64,000 nt of DNA from NCBI RefSeq assembly GCF_024502345.1, contig NZ_JALDNN010000001.1; one strand, written 5' to 3'. The DNA is from Escherichia coli. GTDB taxonomy: Bacteria > Pseudomonadota > Gammaproteobacteria > Enterobacterales > Enterobacteriaceae. Shown piece by piece: positions 7,702 to 17,612 of this stretch. A program made the position numbers and the translations under genes. Each line of letters begins with the position of its first letter. The first letter of the stretch is position 1. The notes beneath the pieces are model-generated. The model was not told the origin of the DNA and made no database searches. It was given only the letters and a program-made list of their open reading frames with translations.

Positions 7702-10537
7702 CCGCTGACTTCTTCTTGCGCGCAGGCTTGCTCGCGTCGCCAGGCGGTGCCTCGGCCACGTCCGCGGCATCGGGCTTTTCAGGCTCAGCCGACTTCGCGG
7801 GTGGCTCCTGGCGCTCGAAGACCACCCGTTCGGCCTTGTCGTCCCAGCGGGCGTTGGCGTGATCACCCTTGCCGATACCGCCACCCAGCATCTCGCGCGC
7901 CAGCGCGGTTTCCAGCTCGCTGCGGATCAGCCGCTTGAGCTCACGCGCGCCGAACTCGGGCTTGTAGCCTTCCTCCGCGAAGTGGTCGATCAAGGTCTGA
8001 TCGAAGGTCAGCGTCACGCCCTGGCTGGCGGCGTTGCGGGCCACACGATCAAGCTGCAGGCCGACGATATGGCGGATTTCCTCCTTGCCCAGCGCATGGA
8101 AGACGATGATCTCGTCGATGCGGTTGATGAACTCGGGGCGGAAGTGTCCGCGCAGCACGTCCATCACCTCGGACTTGGTCTTCTCGTATTCCTCGCCGGC
8201 GGCGCCACCGGCCTTCAGCCGACGCTGGATGATGTCCGAGCCCAGGTTCGAGGTGGCGATGATGATGGTATTGGTGAAATCCACCACCCGGCCCTTGCCG
8301 TCGGTGAGCCGCCCGTCGTCGAACACCTGCAGCAGGATGTTGTAGACGTCGGGGTGCGCTTTTTCGATCTCATCGAGCAGCAACACGCTGTAGGGCTTGC
8401 GACGCACCTTCTCGGTGAGCTGGCCGCCCTCGTCATAGCCCACATAACCCGGAGGCGCGCCCACCAGGCGTGCCACGGCATGGCGTTCCCCGTACTCGGA
8501 CATGTCGATGCGCAGCAGCGCACCTTCATCGCCATAGATGGACTCGGCCAGCGCCTTGGCGAGCTCGGTCTTGCCCACGCCGGTCGGCCCAAGGAACAGG
8601 AAAGTCGCCACCGGCTTGTCGCCTTCGCGCAGGCCCGCGCGCGACAACCGCACGGCATCGGCCACCGCGCGCACCGCTTCGTCCTGGCCCACCAGGCGCT
8701 CATGCAGCCGCTGCTCCAGATGCAGCAGCTTCTCGCGTTCTTCCACCGTCAGCTCGTTGACCGGAATGCCGGTCAGGCGCGAGACGATCTGCGCGACATG
8801 CTCGGCCTTGACTTCGGCGCTGCCCGAGGCGCGCTCGCGTTCCCATTCCTCGACGAGCTGCTTGAGTTCAGTCTCCTTGGCCTCGATGCGCTTGCCCAGC
8901 TCGGCGGCCTTGTCGTACTGCTTGCGCGAGGCCATGTAGTCCTGCTCACGCCGCAACTGGTGCAGTTCGGACTCCAGCTCCTGCACCGCCACCGGGCGAG
9001 CCGTGGCCGACAGCTTCACGCGTGCGGCCGCCTGGTCAAGCAGGTCGATGGCCTTGTCAGGCAAAAAGCGCGCGGTGATGTAGCGGTCCGACAACTCGGC
9101 GGCGGCGATGATCGCATCCTCGGTGATGCTGACCTTGTGGTGCGCCTCGAAGGTGTCGCGCAGGCCGCGCAGGATCATCATGGTCTGCGCTACCGTCGGC
9201 TCGGGCACCATCACCGGCTGGAAACGACGCTCCAGCGCGGCGTCCTTCTCGATGTACTTCTGATACTCGTTGAGCGTGGTGGCGCCGATCAGGTTCAGTT
9301 CGCCGCGCGCCATCATCGGCTTGAACACGTTGGCCACGTCCAGCCCGCCTTCGCCGCCACCCTGGCCTGCACCGACGATGGTGTGCACTTCATCGATGAA
9401 GAGAATCATCTCGCCCTGGTGCTCGGTCACTTCCTTGAGCACCTTCTGCACGCGCTCCTCGAACTCGCCGCGATACTTGGCGCCTGCCACCATGGCGTTG
9501 ATGTTGAGCTCGACCAGACGCTTGTCGCGCAGCGTCTCGGGCACTTCACCGGCGACCATGCGCTGCGCCAGCCCTTCGACAATGGCGGTCTTGCCGACGC
9601 CGGGCTCACCGATCAACACCGGGTTGTTTTTCTTGCGCCGGGCCAGCACCTCGATGGTGGTCTCGATCTCCTGCGCACGGCCGATGACTGGATCGAGTTT
9701 GCCCTCGCGCGCCATCTTGGTGAGGTCGCGCGAGTATTTATCCAGCTCGGGCGTGTTGGTCGGCGTCTCGGCGCGGCCATCCTCGGCCCCTTTGCCGACC
9801 ACCTTGCTTACCTGCTGGCGCAGCGCTTGCGGCGTGAGGCCGTAACGGCGCAGCAGGTTGGCCGCCAAACCTTCGCCTTCCTCAGCGAGCCCGATCAGGA
9901 AATGCTCCGGCCCGACATAAGAGTGGCCGAGTTCGTTGGAGGCCACGAAAGCGCGGCTGAGCGCGTCCTTGACCCGGGGCGACACGCCGACTTCGCCCTC
10001 GAACGGCTTCTCGCCGCGCTTGGCTTCGGATTCGATCTGTCGCTTGAGGTCATCGACCTTGATCTTGAACTGTCCCAGGATGGTCTTCACCACGTCGCTG
10101 TCGGATAGCGCCAGCAGCAGGTGTTCGGTATCGACTTCGGCGCGCCCGAACTCTGCAGCGTGTCGGGCGGCCTCCTGCAATAGGGCCTCGGACTGTTCGC
10201 TGATACGGCTGGCGAGCCCACTGCCGCGACGGCGCGCAGTGCCCGTACCGGCCGGGGCGGGTTCGCCGAACGAGGCATCGACCACCTCGTCGGTATCGGC
10301 CGCCATGGACGGCGAATCGTCACCGATGCGGAAGAAGTCGCTGCCGAGGAAGTCTTCGAACAAGCCGCTGCGCGAGCCAAACAAGGCTTCCAGCGGCGAG
10401 ACGGTGCGCTTTTGCTGGCGCGCCAGTTGGCGATAGTGATCGTCACACAACAGCATGGTGCTGTGGCGACCATTGAGATTGGCTTCCACCCGCACCGTGG
10501 CGGGCTGGCCGCAGACCTGGCATTGTTTTCTGGCCAT
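7688..10537 (-). CDS. clpK: ClpK / ClpG-GI stand-alone AAA+ disaggregase
   Basis: Start chosen at [10 protein letters not shown] (949 aa). N-terminal CxxC...CDDH zinc module, Clp_N repeats, two AAA+ modules ([16 protein letters not shown]) and a middle coiled coil. Confidence 0.95.
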   Translation of the reverse strand: MARKQCQVCGQPATVRVEANLNGRHSTMLLCDDHYRQLARQQKRTVSPLEALFGSRSGLFEDFLGSDFFRIGDDSPSMAADTDEVVDASFGEPAPAGTGTARRRGSGLASRISEQSEALLQEAARHAAEFGRAEVDTEHLLLALSDSDVVKTILGQFKIKVDDLKRQIESEAKRGEKPFEGEVGVSPRVKDALSRAFVASNELGHSYVGPEHFLIGLAEEGEGLAANLLRRYGLTPQALRQQVSKVVGKGAEDGRAETPTNTPELDKYSRDLTKMAREGKLDPVIGRAQEIETTIEVLARRKKNNPVLIGEPGVGKTAIVEGLAQRMVAGEVPETLRDKRLVELNINAMVAGAKYRGEFEERVQKVLKEVTEHQGEMILFIDEVHTIVGAGQGGGEGGLDVANVFKPMMARGELNLIGATTLNEYQKYIEKDAALERRFQPVMVPEPTVAQTMMILRGLRDTFEAHHKVSITEDAIIAAAELSDRYITARFLPDKAIDLLDQAAARVKLSATARPVAVQELESELHQLRREQDYMASRKQYDKAAELGKRIEAKETELKQLVEEWERERASGSAEVKAEHVAQIVSRLTGIPVNELTVEEREKLLHLEQRLHERLVGQDEAVRAVADAVRLSRAGLREGDKPVATFLFLGPTGVGKTELAKALAESIYGDEGALLRIDMSEYGERHAVARLVGAPPGYVGYDEGGQLTEKVRRKPYSVLLLDEIEKAHPDVYNILLQVFDDGRLTDGKGRVVDFTNTIIIATSNLGSDIIQRRLKAGGAAGEEYEKTKSEVMDVLRGHFRPEFINRIDEIIVFHALGKEEIRHIVGLQLDRVARNAASQGVTLTFDQTLIDHFAEEGYKPEFGARELKRLIRSELETALAREMLGGGIGKGDHANARWDDKAERVVFERQEPPAKSAEPEKPDAADVAEAPPGDASKPARKKKSADGES

Positions 10538-10634
10538 GCTCATGCTCCTTGAGAGGACTGATTTGACGAGGCGCCGAAGGTCACGGCGCCTCGCCATTCA
10601 CTTGGTTTTTCTGTAGAGAACAAGCCGATCGGCG

Positions 10635-11204
10635 TCAGCCGTTGATCGGGATCGAGCGGCCCTGCTTGGGCGCACTGGCCTCGCGCTTTTCCATTGTGAT
10701 CGTGAGTACGCCGTTCTTGAAAGCGGCCTTGATCGTGTCCTGGTTGGCATCGGTCGGCAGGTTCAGAGCGCGCTGAAAGCTGCCGTAGGAGCGCTCCACC
10801 CGGTGGAAACCGCCGTCTTTGCTTTCCTGCTCCTGACGCTTTTCACCGCGAACCAGCAGCACGTCGTTGTCGAGCGTGATATGGATGTCTTTTTCCTCGA
10901 CGCCGGGAACCTCCAAAGAAATCTTGTACTGCTTGTCGGTCTCCTGGATGTCCAGCGCCGGCTTCAGCAGGCCCGGCCAGTCCGACGGCCAGCGTGGCAT
11001 GGCCAGCGCCGGAAAGCCGAAGCCTCGAAACGTGTCGTCGAAGAGGCGGTCGATCTCGCGGTGCAATTGCAGGATGGGACTGACGGGCCCACCCGCTACC
11101 GGCAGGTCATTGCGCTGCACCGGCAGCGAGGCAGTGCTCTGTTGTTCTTCCTGCTCCTTCTTGAACCAGTTCCAGGGAGCCAACTTCTTGAAATCAATGT
11201 CCAT
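10635..11204 (-). CDS. Small heat-shock protein sHSP20 (Hsp20 family)
   Basis: Start chosen at MDIDFKKLAPWNWF (189 aa). Alpha-crystallin domain (...LDNDVLLVRGEKR...GSFQRALNLP...NGVLTITM). Immediately upstream of clpK. Confidence 0.9.
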   Translation of the reverse strand: MDIDFKKLAPWNWFKKEQEEQQSTASLPVQRNDLPVAGGPVSPILQLHREIDRLFDDTFRGFGFPALAMPRWPSDWPGLLKPALDIQETDKQYKISLEVPGVEEKDIHITLDNDVLLVRGEKRQEQESKDGGFHRVERSYGSFQRALNLPTDANQDTIKAAFKNGVLTITMEKREASAPKQGRSIPING

Positions 11205-11239
11205 GTCACACCTCCAGAACAAAAATTGAAGACTCTCGC

Positions 11240-11521
11240 TCACTCCGTTTGCCTGCGGCTATGGATAGCGCGCCCAGGCAACACGGGATGTTTCGCTGAC
11301 TTCGGCTGCTCATCTGTACGTATCACCTCCTTCTTTCTGCCTGCTTGGATCTGATCATTGATCCATCGATCGATTTCACTTTGACGAAACCGCCACGTCC
11401 CGCCGACCTTGAAGGCCGGAATCTCCCCGTGCGCGGCGAGCCGGTAGAGCGTCCGCTTGCCGACCTTTAAGTAGGTAGCCAACTCGTCGAGTGTGAAGAT
11501 CGCCTGCTGGCGCGCTGTCAT
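11240..11521 (-). CDS. Helix-turn-helix DNA-binding protein, excisionase/MerR-like (LHR orf1)
   Basis: Start chosen at MTARQQAIFTLDELATYLKVGKRTLYRLAAHGEIPAFKVGGTWRFRQSEIDRWI, a typical excisionase-family HTH. First gene of the LHR. Confidence 0.75.
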   Translation of the reverse strand: MTARQQAIFTLDELATYLKVGKRTLYRLAAHGEIPAFKVGGTWRFRQSEIDRWINDQIQAGRKKEVIRTDEQPKSAKHPVLPGRAIHSRRQTE

Positions 11522-11569
11522 ACCACCCCCACAAGTTCCGTCGTCACGCGGCCTCGCCTGAGGAAGTTC

Positions 11570-11621
11570 TTGCAAGACTTTGCAAGATATTGCGCCTAAT
11601 ATGCCAAAAGTCAAGAGTCAA
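11570..11621 (-). promoter_or_regulatory. Candidate promoter/operator region upstream of LHR orf1
   Basis: Two overlapping TTGACT hexamers on the minus strand (11609-11614, 11616-11621). Two TTGCAAGA repeats at 11570-11577 and 11580-11587, exactly 10 bp apart; TTGCAA is self-complementary. No clean -10 element. Confidence 0.3.
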
Positions 11622-11949
11622 CATCCAGCGATCTGCTGGCCGATTGATGTGACTCAAATCTTCAAGGACGGTATGCCAGGGCGGGCCGGTCCGGCGCAGG
11701 GGACGGTGGGTTGATCGGGACCTTGCGGGCGCCGCCCACGGCCGCAGATCAAACACCGATCCTCACGTTGTAACCGAGCGCCCGCAGCCCCTTGCTCGTG
11801 CGCATGTTCCTTGGCGGAAACTCGTCTGGGCGCGCCCAGCCGACGATTTCCCCGAGGCTGCTCAGGCCAATGTGCGGAATTGCCCAGTCGTCGCTGCGGA
11901 TCGCGTTCCAGAGTCGGGCCGAAAAACCTCCGTTGCCCCAGACAACGTA

Positions 11950-11957
11950 GTTCAACA
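11950..11957. repeat. 8-bp target-site duplication (left copy) GTTCAACA
   Basis: Identical octamer abuts both ends of the 472-bp IS66-family remnant. Confidence 0.7.
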
Positions 11958-12429
11958 GTATCCGTCCTGCCAACACACCTTCCCGACACCGCCGCCGAAG
12001 GCCATGGCCCATCAAGCGGATTTTCCATGCCCCCTCAGCGCCGTACCTACAGCAAATCTTTCAAGGCCCAGGTCATTCAGGAGTGTTCTGAACCCGGTGC
12101 CTCCATCGCAAACATCGCCTTGGGCTACAGCCTCAATGCCAACCTCGTCCACAAATGGATTCGGCTGCATACCCAGAAAACCACGGCTATCCAGCCAGCG
12201 TTCATCCCGTTGCCTTCTCAAATGCTCGGCGCGGGATCGCATGCTCAAGTGCGCTGCTGCGATCATGAGTTTGATCCAGTCGGCCCGTAATAATGGGCAC
12301 GATCCGTATGCCTATCTCAAGGATGTGCTGACACGGTTGCCGACGCAGCGGGCGAGTGAGATTGCAGAGCTGCTGCCGCATAGGTGGCATCCGGCATAGT
12401 CGCGCAAGACGGTCTGCCCGCACGCTTAC
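11958..12429 (+). mobile_element. IS66-family element, internally deleted (472 bp): tnpA 5' part fused to tnpC 3' end
   Basis: TnpA-like MPPQRRTYSKSFKAQVIQECSEPGASIANIALGYSLNANLVHKWIRLH (from 12027). From ~12226, in another frame, the TnpC C-terminus ...AAAIMSLIQSARNNGHDPYAYLKDVLTRLPTQRASEIAELLPHRW*. Imperfect inverted ends GTATCCGTCCTGCC / GTAAGCGTGCGGGC. 8-bp direct repeats flank it. Confidence 0.7.
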
Positions 12430-12437
12430 GTTCAACA
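12430..12437. repeat. 8-bp target-site duplication (right copy) GTTCAACA
   Basis: Immediately follows the ...CGCTTAC terminus of the IS66-family remnant. Confidence 0.7.
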
Positions 12438-12654
12438 GCTCAAGCACCGTCCGCCCTTCGCGGGATCGTTGCCGCCAGAGCCACACGCCGAACTTTTCCA
12501 CCTTGTCGTCGCCGGCCTGCGGTCAGTCAGGCAAGCCCAGGTGCTTGTTTTCCTGCTTGATCGCGTGGTCTCGGATCGCGTGCACCCGGGAAACGGCATC
12601 CACGAACTGCCACCATCTCTTAGCTTGGCGGGGTCAAGCCAGCCGGGATGCCCG

Positions 12655-14497
<1,843 letters not shown>

Positions 14498-14505
<8 letters not shown>

Positions 14506-16000
14506 TCCATCTTCCTATCAATCGAATGAACGCAGTGGTCAGTGGTGCCACCCTGCTTTTTTCCAATCCACAACGCTTTTCCAGCTCCCAGCGCCTAGAC
14601 GTTATGCCTGTCTGTACATCCTTCAGCATCGCTGCAGTCAGGCGACGGATCTGATACTCGCCGACGGACTCGGCATAGCGATCCAGGAAGGTGCAGCAAA
14701 GAGGCAATTGATCGAGACGGTGCTCGACTGATGCCCGATGGGGTAGCTGCTGCAGGAACCAGTTGCGACTCCTGCGCGGAAGGCCCAGGTCTTCTTCGCT
14801 ACCTCTACCAATCCGGATCAGCAGGCGCACCAACCTTATGTCACGCGCTCGCCAGTCGATGTGGCTGTTGTTGCCCTGTCGGCGCTGCCTGACCTGGTTC
14901 GCAACCATCAGCCAGTGTCGGTCATGACGATAGAGCCAGGCGTAACATGCCCCTGCTCCGTCTTGCCTGGCTGCCTTGGCTCCACCGTGATTAGCCAGTG
15001 CTTGCAGCCAAATGGCTCGGTACTGCTGCTTTTGCTCAAACTCAGCAGGGAGCAGCTGCACTGACCGCTCGGAGGCAAGGTCGACCTGGCGAGTCTTCGC
15101 CTCGCTGATCAGCTCGCCAGCATGCTGGCCAGGGCGCAGGCTGGTCCAGACGATCAGATGCTGCAGCGCACTGAATCCCTTGCGATGCTTCCTGAACATC
15201 GCCAACAGCCAAGGTGGAGGCTCTCCGGATGTCAGCAGACCGTTCGCAGCAAGCCAATCCCTTTGATGGGATGCCAGGATCTTCTCCCAGATGACTTCAG
15301 CCCTGACCTGCCGGCCTCGCCTGGCGCCGCACTCTGTAGCCAGGTACCGGTACAGGTTGGTCCAGCGTCCGTAGCCAGGCGATTGCACCTCTTCGAGCGC
15401 CAGCAGCTGCATAGCAGCCTTGGCGAGCCTGATAGCCTCTTCGCCCACGGGACTCACGCGAAGATCACGGGGCAGAAACAGTGGAGAGGCTGTATGAAAC
15501 TCGTGCCGCTGCGCTCGACGGAACGGGATAGGTGAGTTCAGGAGCTGACAGCCATGCTCGGGACAGGCATCTATCCCTTGAATCTGCCAGCTGCGCCGCC
15601 AGTAGGGTTCACCGTAGCGCGCAGCCATATCTTCAAAGCAGATCGGGCAGTAACGCAGCCAATCGGGCCACTTGACCAAGGCCGTCGAGGCCCCAGACAG
15701 ACCAATCGTCGGCCGGTCGGGAGCAAGCATGGCCTGAAAAAGATCGGTACGGCGCTCCGGCGGAATGAAAGGGGCATAGAGCGGGAACAGCGTGTGATTC
15801 AGGATCATGCCTTCCGCATCCAAGCCCGTGTTGTTCGCCAACGCAGTCAGGTGTGTGGGCAGATCGGTGATCGCGGCAACCTTGCTGTCACCGAAAAGCA
15901 TGTGCAGCAAGGTCTTGTGGCTGCCTATCCCCAGATGTACCCGGCACCGGGCAATACCGCTGTAAAGCAGTTCGTCCGGGTAGAGCCTGGGGAAGTACAT
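14498..16000 (-). CDS. tnsD: TnsD/TniQ-family target-site selector
   Basis: 500 aa. TniQ N-terminus FPRLYPDELLYSGIARC and zinc-finger-like CPICF...CPEHGC. Same position and size as Tn7 TnsD (recalled as 508 aa). Confidence 0.85.
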
Positions 16001-16001
16001 G

Positions 16002-17612
16002 TCAGCTCGCTCTCAGCAGAGGCCGTAGATCGAGGATCAAGCCAGCCTGCTTGAATCTGTCATAGGCCTCGCTTTCAGGCCCATCGGCATAACGTCGGCG
16101 CAGATCCTCCTCGGATAGGCACCCCCACTCCGTCCGCTTAACTCTGGAAATGCCGGGCCTCTTGGGAGCGTCCTGCGCGAGGTAGGCCGTGGCCTTGTGA
16201 ATCAGGGCCGCCAGCGGGATGTCCGGATTCTCCGCCAACAATTCATCGGCCATGGGAATGGCGATGTCCCTCGGGATTTCCATACCTTCGAGCAGGGCGG
16301 CCAACCGCTTTGCCTTGTCATCAGCCGGAGGGGCCGGTGGTTTAGGTTGGGGGACGCTATCCAGAGAGCGAGTCAGGGTCAGCAACCGTCCCTCGATCTC
16401 TGGCATCAGCAGGTCGTCATATTTGGCGATCAGCTCGGGCCTACCGCTCCGCAAGGCCGCCAGCATCGGATGGACCGGTTTGAACTCGTCCTCGAAAACC
16501 CTGCGCAGCAACAGCGGCTTAATGCACTCGACACCTGTCACTATCGCCCGGATCTGCGCCAGCGCGAACAGCTTGATGACGATGTCCATGACCCCTTGGG
16601 TGAGGTCGTACATCGTAGCCTCCAGTTCATCATCCAGCGGCGCCGCATTTCGCAGCCACTGATACTTCCAAAGCCGCTTCAACAGACGCTTCCAATGCTC
16701 GTCCCGAGGCAACCTATCCCAGCGGATGCTGCCCAACCCGGAGACCCGCCGAGCAGCCCGGAACGTGCGCTGGAAGAACTTGCTGGCCCGGTGGGTGCCG
16801 ACCTGAATGATCGGAACACCGATGGTGTTCACCAGCGACACGAAGAAATTGTGCATTTTTTCGGCACCACCGGAGCGTGCCTCGTTGAGGTTCTGAACCT
16901 CGTCGATGATCAGCACTCCGAGCGTGTGCAGATTGGCCAGCTGGCACATGGATGCCAGCAGACGTTTGGTACCCAGCTTCTTGCGTCCGTGGCTACGGCT
17001 GTAGTGGGTACCCAGGATCTTGTCTACTTCGTTGAAGAAGCTCAGGCACAGCTCATCCAAGTCACCGTCAATTGGGCAGTCGATCTTCAGGTAGACCAGT
17101 TGGGTGATGTCGTAATCAGGGTGATGGAGAGCTTGGGGGTACATGCCCAGAATCCGCTCCAGCGTGCGCGTCTTGCCGCAACCGGAGCAGCCGAACAGCG
17201 ACAGGCTGTTGGCCGTAGAGGAGACACTCTGGTACACCGCCGCATCCAGATCCTCCTCCTCGACACGGCGATAGCCATTCTGCAGGTGCGCATACCAGGC
17301 ACCGCTGGCCGGATTCCGACCGATGTACCCTTGACGGATCATCAGGCTGATCTTGCTCTCCAGCTCCAAGTGATGGCTCAGCGGCTGGAAGAAGCCGTGC
17401 AACAGGCGGGCAATCGCATGTGCCCTGAGCCGACCATCCAGAAGCGCCTCCTGCGGCTCGAAACCGGGAAGCTGCTGCAATAGATCGACCACCTCCTGCA
17501 GATCAGGAATCGGAGGCAATGCGCTGATGAGCGGATTGTCCTGATACTCGGGAAGCTGCTGCTCCTGGTAACGCGCCAGGGGAATGACTCCGCGCTGGAA
17601 TTCTTCAGTCAT
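16002..17612 (-). CDS. tnsC: TnsC AAA+ transposition regulator
   Basis: 536 aa. Walker A GCSGCGKT, Walker B VLIIDEVQ. Follows tnsB with an 8-nt overlap. Confidence 0.9.
   Translation of the reverse strand: MTEEFQRGVIPLARYQEQQLPEYQDNPLISALPPIPDLQEVVDLLQQLPGFEPQEALLDGRLRAHAIARLLHGFFQPLSHHLELESKISLMIRQGYIGRNPASGAWYAHLQNGYRRVEEEDLDAAVYQSVSSTANSLSLFGCSGCGKTRTLERILGMYPQALHHPDYDITQLVYLKIDCPIDGDLDELCLSFFNEVDKILGTHYSRSHGRKKLGTKRLLASMCQLANLHTLGVLIIDEVQNLNEARSGGAEKMHNFFVSLVNTIGVPIIQVGTHRASKFFQRTFRAARRVSGLGSIRWDRLPRDEHWKRLLKRLWKYQWLRNAAPLDDELEATMYDLTQGVMDIVIKLFALAQIRAIVTGVECIKPLLLRRVFEDEFKPVHPMLAALRSGRPELIAKYDDLLMPEIEGRLLTLTRSLDSVPQPKPPAPPADDKAKRLAALLEGMEIPRDIAIPMADELLAENPDIPLAALIHKATAYLAQDAPKRPGISRVKRTEWGCLSEEDLRRRYADGPESEAYDRFKQAGLILDLRPLLRAS

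Larger units (their letters stand above)
1..11621 (-). mobile_element. Locus of heat resistance / transmissible locus of stress tolerance (LHR/tLST), promoter-proximal ~11.6 kb; continues beyond left edge
   Basis: Colinear minus-strand genes orf1-sHSP20-ClpK-PLD/cls-FtsH'-sHSP-YfdX1-YfdX2-HdeD-orf11-Trx, matching the recalled published LHR gene order. Visibly GC-rich relative to the E. coli core to the right. Confidence 0.85.
11749..12501 (-). pseudogene. Small (~90 aa) hypothetical gene split by an IS66-family deletion derivative
   Basis: Removing 11958-12437 (480 bp, in frame) joins VEKFGVWLWRQRSREGRTVLE to LLNYVVWGNGGFSARLWNAIRSDDW...LRALGYNVRIGV*. The LLN codons are duplicated on both sides as part of the target duplication. 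Confidence 0.5.

Noticed and set aside
7859-10108. 749-aa plus-strand ORF, plus other long plus-strand ORFs at 6490-7938, 9270-9845 and 3693-4355
   Set aside because: They are antisense to well-supported genes (clpK, cls, yfdX1). Their composition is low-complexity and Arg/Ala/Gly-rich, as expected from stop-poor GC-rich DNA, and no motifs are present.
11654-12028. 124-aa and 70-aa minus-strand ORFs upstream of LHR orf1 (11654-12028, 11544-11756)
   Set aside because: They are Arg/Pro/Gly-rich with no motifs. They overlap the better-supported split ORF frame and the orf1 promoter region, so they are probably GC-rich noise.
12027-12399. IS66 tnpA and tnpC read as intact transposase genes
   Set aside because: The TnpA-like frame runs only ~65 codons before switching into the last ~55 codons of TnpC. 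tnpB and most of tnpC are absent, so this is annotated as a deletion derivative.
16197-17483. 428-aa plus-strand ORF inside the transposon
   Set aside because: It is antisense to tnsC, which has clear Walker motifs and Tn7 colinearity. This is a GC-rich antisense artefact.
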